A stretch of 64,000 nucleotides of DNA. It comes from a virus. Under the pieces are notes generated by a model that searched no databases, had not been told where the DNA came from, and worked only from the letters and a program-made list of their open reading frames with translations. Made by a program: the position numbers and the translations under genes. This document shows positions 30,412-37,983 of the stretch, one piece after another (position 1 is the first letter of the stretch; the number at the start of each line of letters is the position of its first letter). The stretch lies in IMG/VR virus record IMGVR_UViG_3300045988_081755; one strand, 5' to 3'.

Positions 30412-31839
30412 TTATTCCTTCTTTTGAGTCTCCTTACCACGGCTTTCCAATTCTCCCTTCACTTTCATTATAGAGTAAAGCAACTCCGCTCTTTGAGACT
30501 TCTTTATGGCTTCAAAGTTCTTGTTTAAATCATTCACAAGACCCTTCTCCATCTTCTTGAGGTTTTCCGTAGGAATGTTCTTAATGTTTGACCACTTCTC
30601 ATCAACACCCTTGCGAACCTTTTCTGACAGGTATTTCTTCAGATTGACCTTTCCGCTGTTAGGGACGTCCTCAAACTTGACACGGGTGTAAGACTCTTCG
30701 GTTTCACCTTGTTTTGATTCAGACTTTGAATCTTTAGAATTCCATTTATTTGCAAATTTATCCGCAGCCTTTGCAGCTTCATTTGGGGAGGAAAACAGTT
30801 TACTTTTCAAATCCTCTGCCTCTTTATGAAATTCTTCTGCTGCTTCAAAAGAAACTTTTGACGCTGAAACTGACGCTGAATATTCATACTTCTTGTCCTT
30901 CAGATTAGGAACAGCCTGGACAGCCATTGACTCTACCACACCATCTTCACCATATTTTTTCGTATCACTAAAAGAATTCCCCTCCCACCCAGAAAGACTC
31001 ACTCGTTCTTTTTGGGGTTCGGACTTCGATTCTTCCTTTGATTTGCGATTTTCTTGAATGAGCTTGTTTATTTCACTCCATGTATCCGCAATTTCTTTTG
31101 TAAGACGTTTTTCTTCATCAGACATTGGGGATTCAATATCAGGATTGGGGAACTTCTTTTTCTTTTCGGAAATGAGTCTTTCAACTTTTTCAGAAAGTTC
31201 TTTCCGTCTCTGAAGATTATCTACTTCTTCTTTCAACTTTTTTTTAATAGCAAAATCTGAAAATCCACCGATATGTTCAGCCAATGAACCATTAAATTTT
31301 CTTCCAGTAACTTTGTTAATCCAAACTCCAACTTTTTCCTTTTTAAAAGGACCATATCCACCCCCTGAAGCTTCGGCTCCAATAGGAGCTTCCTTTAGAA
31401 CTCTATCTGCCTTTTCATAGACAGATTCTTTTTGTTCAGATTCCTTCTTCTGGGCTTCGTTTATCTTCTTACTGGTTTCCTTGGCTTCCTCTGCGTTTTT
31501 CTTCTCTTCATTCGCCTTAACACCAGCATTAATCTTTTCAGCCTGTTTCTTCGCAGCCTCGAGTTTTTGTTTCTTCTCCGAAAGTTTCATCACTTCCGCA
31601 GCCGGAAGATTCAGTTTCCCCTCGTTGATAGCAGCGATAACCTTGTTTACAGCCTCGAGCTCCTTTGCAGGGTCAGTTTCCTTCTTCTCAGTCTTTTCGC
31701 CATCGTCGGACTGTTTCTCAGCACCATACTTCTGTCCGACACGATGTTTACGACGGTTCTCAGCGGTGTCTGAATAAACACCCGAACGAGATTTCATTAT
31801 TGTTCTTTCTGTCAATGTAACCATATTCTTTTCAACCAT
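30412..31839 (-). CDS. Lys/Glu-rich protein carrying one GVY-x-DT-x-EN-RR-x-x-RVGQ-x-Y motif
   Basis: 475 aa. N-terminus MKSRSGVYSDTAENRRKHRVGQKYG, then long charged helical regions. Has its own promoter cassette at 31854-31884. Confidence 0.65.
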   Translation of the reverse strand: MVEKNMVTLTERTIMKSRSGVYSDTAENRRKHRVGQKYGAEKQSDDGEKTEKKETDPAKELEAVNKVIAAINEGKLNLPAAEVMKLSEKKQKLEAAKKQAEKINAGVKANEEKKNAEEAKETSKKINEAQKKESEQKESVYEKADRVLKEAPIGAEASGGGYGPFKKEKVGVWINKVTGRKFNGSLAEHIGGFSDFAIKKKLKEEVDNLQRRKELSEKVERLISEKKKKFPNPDIESPMSDEEKRLTKEIADTWSEINKLIQENRKSKEESKSEPQKERVSLSGWEGNSFSDTKKYGEDGVVESMAVQAVPNLKDKKYEYSASVSASKVSFEAAEEFHKEAEDLKSKLFSSPNEAAKAADKFANKWNSKDSKSESKQGETEESYTRVKFEDVPNSGKVNLKKYLSEKVRKGVDEKWSNIKNIPTENLKKMEKGLVNDLNKNFEAIKKSQRAELLYSIMKVKGELESRGKETQKKE

Positions 31840-31853
31840 TTAATTTGATACCG

Positions 31854-31906
31854 CAAATATATTACGAAATCTTGAATCATCAAAGAGTTTCCCGAAGAAA
31901 ACTCTT
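31854..31906 (-). promoter_or_regulatory. terminator hairpin + Bacteroides-type promoter cassette
   Basis: Minus strand: 8-bp hairpin (31883-31906), TTTG (-33, 31881-31884), a 19-nt spacer, TATATTTG (-7, 31854-31861), then the ATG at 31839. Confidence 0.65.
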
Positions 31907-31909
31907 GAA

Positions 31910-32152
31910 TTACTCCCAATCTTCAGGTAGGAGGGACTCCTTCCCGAGTTCCTTAGCACGCTTCTTAATCCAACGCTTCGCAGCAGCAGGGTCTTTTGCC
32001 CTGCCGACACTGCGTATAGCATCCTTTAAGTCCTGCCCGTTACGAATAGGAAACGAGCCATCCTTCATGGCTTCGCCTTCCTTTGCCAAAGCCTGTCTTT
32101 CCTTTTCGGGGAAGTCATGCTTATTCAACGATTTTTCGAGCAACGTTTCCAT
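31910..32152 (-). CDS. small conserved-looking protein
   Basis: 80 aa (…DGSFPIRNGQDLKDAIRSVGRAKDPAAAKRWIKKRAKELG…). Its start overlaps the stop of the upstream gene by 1 nt, and a hairpin follows it. Confidence 0.6.
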   Translation of the reverse strand: METLLEKSLNKHDFPEKERQALAKEGEAMKDGSFPIRNGQDLKDAIRSVGRAKDPAAAKRWIKKRAKELGKESLLPEDWE

Positions 32153-32658
32153 TATTCATTGGGGATTTGGTTGACATACGGTTTCCCGACACGACCCAAA
32201 CGTTGATTGTCCGGAGTATCAGCATACACACCTGAACCCAGTGATTTGATGATGTCGTCTTTTGACTCATCACCTGTCAAAGACTTCAGGAAGTCAGCAG
32301 TAGGAGAGTAGGCTTGACCAACACGGTTCAAGCGACGGTTTTCGGGGGTGTCAAGATATACTCCTTCCAAGCCTTTCATGATTGTTCCGTCCGCAGCCTG
32401 TTCCCAAGCAACTTGCTTCTTACGATAATAGCGGAGGACATCTTTGTTCTGTTCGTCTGAGCAAACAGCCTTTTGGAGATACATTACATCAGCGACAAAT
32501 GCCTCTTTTTCCTGGTCGCTTAATTCGCCACTACGACTCTTCATGAGTCCTTCTTTGTAGTAACTTGATACTTCCTCAGGAGTGAACACTTCATAACCGT
32601 TGTCAGCGGCAGTTTCCTCGAACATCGCCAAAGAAACTTTCTTGTTTTTATTTTCCAT
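32152..32658 (-). CDS. protein with three copies of the (S)GVY-x-DT-x-(E/D)N-x-RL-x-RVG-x-x-Y motif; first gene of the virion operon
   Basis: ORF track starts at 32733. I prefer the ATG at 32658 (MENKNKKVSLAMFEE..., 168 aa) because a TACTTTTG -7 box lies at 32691-32698 inside the longer version. Confidence 0.6.
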   Translation of the reverse strand: MENKNKKVSLAMFEETAADNGYEVFTPEEVSSYYKEGLMKSRSGELSDQEKEAFVADVMYLQKAVCSDEQNKDVLRYYRKKQVAWEQAADGTIMKGLEGVYLDTPENRRLNRVGQAYSPTADFLKSLTGDESKDDIIKSLGSGVYADTPDNQRLGRVGKPYVNQIPNE

Positions 32659-32690
32659 AATCTTCCTTTGTTTAAAATTTTCTTTGTGAG

Positions 32691-32714
32691 CAAAAGTATT
32701 CAAAAATTTTGAAT
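32691..32714 (-). promoter_or_regulatory. -7 box TACTTTTG plus abutting 17-bp perfect palindrome, upstream of the virion operon
   Basis: -7 box at 32691-32698. ATTCAAAAATTTTGAAT at 32698-32714 is a perfect palindrome and occupies the position where a -33 element would be expected. Confidence 0.5.
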
Positions 32715-32752
32715 ATGGTAGGAGAGAGTTCAACTGTCCTTAAAATAAAAAC

Positions 32753-32788
32753 GGGCAAAGAAGGAGGACTCTCGCCCTCCTTATGCCC
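32753..32788 (-). terminator. minus-strand terminator insulating the virion operon from the ori region
   Basis: Minus strand reads GGGCATAAGGAGGG-cgagagt-CCTCCTTCTTTGCCC followed by GTTTTTATTTT. Confidence 0.55.
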
Positions 32789-33207
32789 CAGACACTTCCT
32801 TAGTAGTAACTAAACACCAAAAGTAGAAATTCAGACTAAATCAAAATCTTTTGTCAAATCAAATGTAAATCAAGCCATAAAACAGACAGCTCGAGAACCG
32901 AACTGTACCATTATAACGGTATCGACTGGAAAAGGTTTTTCTCATTTCCTGTACCCCTAACGAATAAAGGCTGCGACAGCAGCCTCTCGAGGCGAAGCTC
33001 ATCGAAGATGGCGAAGCCTGTCAAAACACCGAACGTCAGTGAGGAGTGTTTCGAGGTCGAAAATGACATTCATAAATTTCCGTTCGGGACTCTATTTCTT
33101 TTCTCTATTTCTAACTATTTCAATAATACTCATATTTACCCCTGCGCGCGAGGCTCTCTTGTCCTACGGATGTCTATCGGGATTTTCGAGCCACAATTTC
33201 CCGAAAT

Positions 33208-33318
33208 AAAAAGGGGGGTTTATACGCTCAATAAAAGGGGGTCTAAAGCGCATTTAAGGGGGTCTGTACGCTAATAAAGGGGGGTTTATACGCTCGAAAT
33301 GCATACGTCTGTACGCTG
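33208..33318 (+). repeat. iteron array (4 full + 1 partial direct repeats, ~21-22 bp period)
   Basis: AAAAAGGGGGGTTTATACGCTC (33208), ATAAAAGGGGGTCTAAAGCGC (33231), ATTTAAGGGGGTCTGTACGCT (33252), AATAAAGGGGGGTTTATACGCTC (33273), and a partial GCATACGTCTGTACGCTG (33301). Lies about 100 nt upstream of the Rep_3-like gene. Confidence 0.85.
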
Positions 33319-33343
33319 TAAAAACATACACGAGTAAATTTCT

Positions 33344-33362
33344 AACCCTTATTTAAGGGGTT
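33344..33362 (+). promoter_or_regulatory. inverted half-iteron pair (candidate Rep autoregulatory operator)
   Basis: AACCCTT-attt-AAGGGGTT. The right arm repeats the TTAAGGGG core of the iterons. Located between the iterons and the rep start in an A/T-rich stretch. Confidence 0.5.
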
Positions 33363-33423
33363 AAAAATAGGAGCAAACCTTATTTTATGATTTCCCGTTA
33401 TTACAGTATAAAATCAAAAGATT

Positions 33424-34170
33424 ATGAGAAAAGATGTAATACAATGTTCGAAAAGAGTCAGCGAAGATACTCCTGACTACTCATGTTGGCAAATGCGCTG
33501 TCTGTGCTTAGTTGCCGACCAGCTCCAGCCTTTATTAAAGGAAGATATTGATTGGGCAAATACAAAGTTTGAAAACCTCGAAAAGTACGGTATCTTTAAC
33601 GATGACCATGAAGTTGAAATCACGATGAAACTTTCCGACATCGACAAGAACCGAAACGGAATTCGGGTTCTCAATGAGATTAAAAAGATGTTCGATATTC
33701 CCATTACATGGGATTGGATGAAAAACGGTAAAGCCACACGAACTGTCTTTTACTTTATCCATCGAATGGAATGGAATGAAGATAACCTGTTTTCTATTTA
33801 TCTGTCCCATTTCAGCGTTCGATGGATTCTTGAGTTCGGGAAGCGACAGGGGTTCTTATCGTTTGACAAACCGTCAATGATGATGCTCTCTTCTTCCTAC
33901 TCTATGCGCCTCTTTTTGATGTTGAGTCAATGGTACTCTAAGAAAGAGTTTTCTCTCGGTGTAGAGGAACTTGAGAGACGTCTGTGTTGTCCTAAATACA
34001 CCCCCAAAGATTTACGTGTACAGGTGCTTGAACCTATAAGAAGAGAGTTAAATAGCAAGGACTGCCGTCTTTCTTTTGAATATAAGTTCGTGTCAAACGA
34101 CAGAAAGAAAGGAGTTGGTCGAAAACGTTTTGATACTGTGGTGTTCACTATAATTGACAAAGAGAAATAA
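33424..34170 (+). CDS. iteron-type replication initiator, Rep_3-like
   Basis: 248 aa. SSSYSMRLFLMLSQWYSKKEFSLGVEELERRLCCPKYTPKDLRVQVLEPIRRELN matches the conserved second winged-helix region of Rep_3 initiators (S-x-Y-x-x-R-L-Y-E-L-L...V-L-x-P-x-x-x-E-I-N). Iterons lie directly upstream. Confidence 0.75.
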   Translation: MRKDVIQCSKRVSEDTPDYSCWQMRCLCLVADQLQPLLKEDIDWANTKFENLEKYGIFNDDHEVEITMKLSDIDKNRNGIRVLNEIKKMFDIPITWDWMKNGKATRTVFYFIHRMEWNEDNLFSIYLSHFSVRWILEFGKRQGFLSFDKPSMMMLSSSYSMRLFLMLSQWYSKKEFSLGVEELERRLCCPKYTPKDLRVQVLEPIRRELNSKDCRLSFEYKFVSNDRKKGVGRKRFDTVVFTIIDKEK

Positions 34171-34173
34171 TCT

Positions 34174-34713
34174 ATGGGCAAAGAAGATACATTATCGGTT
34201 CTGAATATTCAAGCGGAAAACGACCGTCTGAATAAGCGTATCCTCTTTCTTGAGCGTGAAAATCGTGAACAGAGAAAGGAACTGTCAGACTATGCTCGTA
34301 GGGAAAAGGAACTGTTGGAAGAGATAGACCGTTTGGAAGGAGAGCTCGATGAAATAACATTTGAGAAGCGTCCTAAATACAAGCCGGAAAATCCAGCCGA
34401 AAGTGTTGACGACTTTCTCCTTCCAAAAGTAGATACTGGGACTGGGCTGAACCGAGTGGGCAAGATTGGCTTTGAAGAAGAGTGGGAAGATGTCATGTAT
34501 GCTTATACAGATGAAATCTTCGTTGAGTCAGATAAACCTGACGTCCTCTTCTATCGTGACGATGCTGAGAAATGCTTTATCACCCCCACGGGGAACACTC
34601 GGTTGCCTTTCCCTATTTTGCAAGAAGACCTTGACAGGTACAATATAATAAAAGTTCGACCATTGACTCAAGAGGAAATGGGGGAAGTGTGCAAAGAGTT
34701 CGATTTAACTTAA
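34174..34713 (+). CDS. coiled-coil protein, function unassigned
   Basis: 179 aa, 3 nt after the rep stop. N-terminal heptad-like region. Contains DTGTGLNRVGKIG, which resembles the RVG motif of 32152..32658. Confidence 0.6.
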   Translation: MGKEDTLSVLNIQAENDRLNKRILFLERENREQRKELSDYARREKELLEEIDRLEGELDEITFEKRPKYKPENPAESVDDFLLPKVDTGTGLNRVGKIGFEEEWEDVMYAYTDEIFVESDKPDVLFYRDDAEKCFITPTGNTRLPFPILQEDLDRYNIIKVRPLTQEEMGEVCKEFDLT

Positions 34714-34725
34714 AATTCATTCACA

Positions 34726-34989
34726 ATGTTTCAAATGAAAACTTTTCATTACTTGTATGTTATCATCGGAATGATGGTAGCTGCGTTCTTTGGAATTTCA
34801 CTTGGGATGGGTATCACTTGCCTAATTCCGGTGTCATTCGTGGTGATTGGGCTGTTCGCCTACCAAAACATGAAGAAGAATCTTCCTGTCGGACAGGCTA
34901 TTCTCAATGGCGGTTTACCACCCCTGATAGGTGGTCTTCTGATTTGGCTGTGTTTCTTGCTGGGGAATTGGTTCAATATAGGTGGATAA
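34726..34989 (+). CDS. small integral membrane protein (about 3 TM helices)
   Basis: 87 aa, three hydrophobic stretches. Its stop overlaps the next ATG (ATAATG). Confidence 0.6.
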   Translation: MFQMKTFHYLYVIIGMMVAAFFGISLGMGITCLIPVSFVVIGLFAYQNMKKNLPVGQAILNGGLPPLIGGLLIWLCFLLGNWFNIGG

Positions 34990-35294
34990 TGAAGAAACTT
35001 GTATTCCTATTCTTGACGTTGCTGATTGTAGGCTGTGGGACGACTCGAAAGACCGTGTTCTTTGAGCGAGTAACCCCACAGCCTCTTTCGGTGATTGACA
35101 GCCTGAACACCGTTCACGGCTTGAGCGTTCCTACGAATTTAAACTCGTGGGGCAAAACGTACTTCATCGGGAATGATTCCGTGATGACAACTGTTTACGT
35201 CTTGACTGAAAGGAAGAAAGACACTTTATTTATCTTTTCTGTTACTGAAACAGCCGGAAAAGAAAATGTAATCTTTAAATTTAGGAAGGAATGA
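34989..35294 (+). CDS. lipoprotein (possible cognate inhibitor of the downstream peptidase)
   Basis: 101 aa from the internal ATG of track ORF 34689..35294. MKKLVFLFLTLLIVGCGTT is a lipoprotein signal with lipobox. Beta-rich. 4-nt overlap with the peptidase gene. Confidence 0.65.
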   Translation: MKKLVFLFLTLLIVGCGTTRKTVFFERVTPQPLSVIDSLNTVHGLSVPTNLNSWGKTYFIGNDSVMTTVYVLTERKKDTLFIFSVTETAGKENVIFKFRKE

Positions 35295-35872
35295 TTACAA
35301 GAGGACTTGGATTTATTGAAAGTGGCGTCAATCCGAATGACGCCATTTATGCAGCTCCAAAGATTGAACTCCCGAAGAGCTATGAACTGAAAGAGCAACT
35401 CCGTGTCTATGACCAAGGAAACAAAGGAAGCTGCGTTTCCTGTACCGTTGCGGAGATGTTCAACTTCTATTGTAAATCGAAAGGTCGTGAATCGGGCATC
35501 GGTTTCGAATACATTTACGACAACCGTTCTGACAAGACTATTGACGGAATGATGCCTCGTGAGGCTTTCGAAATTCTTAAACGGGAATCTCGTATTGATT
35601 TATTCGCTCGTGTGACGTCTCTTGACGCTCTCAAAAAGAGCGTTCTTGTCAATGGCGCAGCACTTATAGCGATGAATGTATTTTCGTATAATGACGACTT
35701 TTGGGATGGCGATGAATTCATGGGTGGTCATGCTGTGGCTGTCGTTGGTTATGATGAAACAGGCTTAATCATTAAGAACTCCTGGGGTACAGGGTTCGGT
35801 CGTGGTGGCTATGTTACTCTCCCATACGGAAAGTTTAACAAAGTACGAGAAGCCTGGACTCTGCTGGGTTAA
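35291..35872 (+). CDS. papain-like (C1-type) cysteine peptidase, minimal catalytic domain
   Basis: 193 aa. Gln/Cys motif QGNKGSCVSCTVAE, His motif GGHAVAVVGYDE, Asn/Trp motif IIKNSWG. No signal peptide or propeptide. Followed by a terminator hairpin. Confidence 0.8.
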   Translation: MITRGLGFIESGVNPNDAIYAAPKIELPKSYELKEQLRVYDQGNKGSCVSCTVAEMFNFYCKSKGRESGIGFEYIYDNRSDKTIDGMMPREAFEILKRESRIDLFARVTSLDALKKSVLVNGAALIAMNVFSYNDDFWDGDEFMGGHAVAVVGYDETGLIIKNSWGTGFGRGGYVTLPYGKFNKVREAWTLLG

Positions 35873-35893
35873 TCTTTCGTTACTATTTGCGAG

Positions 35894-35926
35894 GAGCACT
35901 TCTTTCAGGAGTGCTCTTTGTTTTTC
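35894..35926 (+). terminator. terminator of the rep-peptidase operon
   Basis: GAGCACT-tctttcagg-AGTGCTC followed by TTTGTTTTTC. Confidence 0.65.
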
Positions 35927-35943
35927 TTCGAAAATCAAGAAGG

Positions 35944-35961
35944 AGTCTCCCTGTCGCAAGC
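35944..35961 (+). repeat. crossover-site copy A (18-nt core AGTCTCCCTGTCGCAAGC)
   Basis: Identical to 37993-38010 and to the reverse complement of 36628-36645 except for one base. Confidence 0.7.
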
Positions 35962-36259
35962 TGGCGTTCCCTACGCAATTTCCGGTACAACTATCAACAT
36001 CACTGGATATGGTTCAGGCAAAGGAACTGTTAGCGTAACAGCTCCAGCAGGGGGTTCTTGGAGTATTGACTTCGCAAGCAATGCTTTCAGCCTTACTGCT
36101 TCGCCATCATCGGGTACTGGTCCGAACAGTTCCGTCACTATCAATGCTATCAATGATTCTGGTCAAACAGGTATTCACAGAATTAATATCTATCTTAAAA
36201 ACGGCTCAACGGTTGTTGATACAGCAACCGTTCAAGTTCGTATAACTTCTCAAGGATGA
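35944..36259 (+). other. silent alternative C-terminal cassette A for gene 36303..37391
   Basis: No ATG; the track ORF starts at a TTG inside the terminator T-run at 35918. Begins with an 18-nt core identical to the crossover site, in the same codon phase (GVSLSQAGV). Ends at the palindromic terminator 36272-36293. Confidence 0.6.
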
Positions 36260-36271
36260 TTATGAAGGAAA

Positions 36272-36293
36272 GGAGCTGGGATATCCCAGCTCC
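36272..36293. terminator. 22-bp perfect palindrome between cassette A and the expressed C-terminus (bidirectional terminator)
   Basis: GGAGCTGGGATATCCCAGCTCC lies between the convergent stops at 36259 and 36303. Confidence 0.6.
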
Positions 36294-36302
36294 CAATTCC
36301 AA

Positions 36303-37391
36303 TTATGGTGTGATAGTTTGGTTTTCAGCTTTAAGAGTGAAAGTTGAAAAGTACCTAGAGTCGAATATATTTTGGCCACCCCGCTGAATGCGTACTGTAA
36401 TAGTGTCACCAGCTTTGGCTTGAACAGTTTCCATCCTGCTTCCTGGTTTACAAACTGTCAATCCGTTTGTATTATTCCACATAATTGAGGCATTTTCATA
36501 CCCAGAACCCATAGAATAATAATCATTTGGACCATACAATGGAATACCCGTTGAATTAAATAGATAAGCGGTTGCTCCTGTATAATTACGGAACTTAATT
36601 GTTAGGGTAAATCGGGAAACGACGGCTGCTTGCAACAGGGAGACTGCTTGGGTCTTACCACTACCAGTCTGCGTATAGGAAACAGAACCGCCTCTCGAAC
36701 CGCTTTGATTGGACGCAGCCGTAATAGATGTTCCATCCGTGTTCTTGCTGAACCCTGTTCCGCTAATCGTAGCCGTCCATGCAACATTTTCCTGGGTCGA
36801 TGTTTCGACTCCGTTTATAACTTTCTTTCGGTAGGAAATTACGGTAACGGATTTCGTTCCACCACCAGCGACGAAACTGAGCGATGTCGGAGTCACGGAG
36901 AAGTAATAGTTCCAAGTTACTACTCCCGCAGCCTGACTCAATGAAATAGAAGCTGTTTTCCCACTTGTCCCCTGTGTATAGGAAACAGAACCGCTTCTCG
37001 AACCGCTTTGATTGGACGCAGCCGTAATAGATGTTCCATCCGTGTTCTTGCTGAACCCTGTTCCGCTAATCGTAGCCGTCCATGCAACATTTTCCTGGGT
37101 CGATGTTTCGACTCCGTTTATAACTTTCTTTCGGTAGGAAATTACGGTAACGGATTTCGTTCCACCACCAGCGACGAAACTGAGCGATGTCGGAGTCACG
37201 GAGAAGTAATAGTTCCAAGTTACTACTCCCGCAGCCTGACTTGCGCCAACAGTACGTGTCATCCCGCCACCAGCGACTGAAAGGCTCGTACTGCGTGTGG
37301 ATTCTGTCTGGTTAGCAGACGCTGCGACAGTCACAGTTGTGCTACCACTTCCTCCGGAGTCCGGAGTTGCTGTAATAAAATCTTTCTTCAT
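36303..37391 (-). CDS. BACON/Ig-like repeat protein with switchable C-terminal domain (expressed locus)
   Basis: 362 aa. N-terminus MKKDFITATPDSGGSGSTTVTV, two near-identical 101-aa repeats, then ...GKTQAVSLLQAAVV followed by a ~105-aa unique C-terminal domain. Promoter TAAATTTG at 37431-37438. Confidence 0.8.
   Translation of the reverse strand: MKKDFITATPDSGGSGSTTVTVAASANQTESTRSTSLSVAGGGMTRTVGASQAAGVVTWNYYFSVTPTSLSFVAGGGTKSVTVISYRKKVINGVETSTQENVAWTATISGTGFSKNTDGTSITAASNQSGSRSGSVSYTQGTSGKTASISLSQAAGVVTWNYYFSVTPTSLSFVAGGGTKSVTVISYRKKVINGVETSTQENVAWTATISGTGFSKNTDGTSITAASNQSGSRGGSVSYTQTGSGKTQAVSLLQAAVVSRFTLTIKFRNYTGATAYLFNSTGIPLYGPNDYYSMGSGYENASIMWNNTNGLTVCKPGSRMETVQAKAGDTITVRIQRGGQNIFDSRYFSTFTLKAENQTITP
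36619..36654 (-). repeat. crossover site inside the expressed gene
   Basis: Minus strand reads GACCCAAGCAGTCTCCCTGTTGCAAGCAGCCGTCGT, which matches 37984-38019 on the plus strand at 34 of 36 positions. Confidence 0.7.
36669..37241 (-). repeat. 303-bp in-frame tandem duplication inside gene 36303..37391
   Basis: 36669-36938 and 36972-37241 are identical except for 2 mismatches (offset 303 nt = 101 aa). The ~33-bp junctions between the copies diverge. Confidence 0.9.
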
Positions 37392-37430
37392 AATTCTTAA
37401 AATTAGTTATAACTAAATGAAATTTCACCG

Positions 37431-37461
37431 CAAATTTAGCGGTTTATATCTCGAAATCAAA
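37431..37461 (-). promoter_or_regulatory. Bacteroides-type promoter of the switch gene
   Basis: TAAATTTG (-7, 37431-37438) and TTTG (-33, 37458-37461) with a 19-nt spacer. Lies inside the invertible segment. Confidence 0.6.
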
Positions 37462-37899
37462 ATCCTTTGTCGTTATCCTACAAAACGAGCCTTCCGGAGA
37501 AAGGCATATCACCTCTGTTTGGTCGTCTAAATACGATACAGATAGGACGGGGAGATAAGTGTATCCATCAATATAGAAAATGCCTGCAGGCTCCCCGTTA
37601 AGACCGTCAAACGTGGGAACCTGTATCCTGGGGGATACGACCTGTTTACCGCCACCGAAAACTCCGAAGTCCCTAACAGTCTGTTTCACCGTGACGAGTA
37701 CCTGTTCAAGCTCGTGAATATACTTGCGTTTCATGTTCAAGTAGGAATTAAGAATCATGCTGACCTCAATCTTCCCTTCAATTCCGTACAGTTTCCTCGT
37801 TTCATTGCGGAGAACCTGAAGTTCTCCTGCGGAGAGTTCTTCAAAATCCTTTTCAAGAATGTCGAGCAACTGTTTGTTTCGCTTTTCTTCTTTCTTCAT
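37444..37899 (-). CDS. hypothetical protein inside the invertible segment
   Basis: 151-aa ORF upstream of the switch gene. No serine or tyrosine recombinase motifs recognisable. Confidence 0.6.
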   Translation of the reverse strand: MKKEEKRNKQLLDILEKDFEELSAGELQVLRNETRKLYGIEGKIEVSMILNSYLNMKRKYIHELEQVLVTVKQTVRDFGVFGGGKQVVSPRIQVPTFDGLNGEPAGIFYIDGYTYLPVLSVSYLDDQTEVICLSPEGSFCRITTKDFDFEI

Positions 37900-37983
37900 G
37901 TCTTCATTCTTTTATATGTAAAACGTTCTTTTTCCGACAATCAATTGATTTTACGCCAGAATCTTCCTTATTCATTTAAAATA

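Noticed and set aside
33008-33274. 88-aa plus-strand ORF upstream of rep
   Set aside because: Its C-terminal third is a translation of the iteron array (KRGVYTLNKRGSKAHLRGSVR). It has no promoter or coupling and is most likely a by-product of the repeats.
33208-33318. CRISPR array
   Set aside because: The repeats are contiguous with no spacers, number only 4-5, are imperfect, and sit upstream of a Rep_3-like gene. They are iterons.
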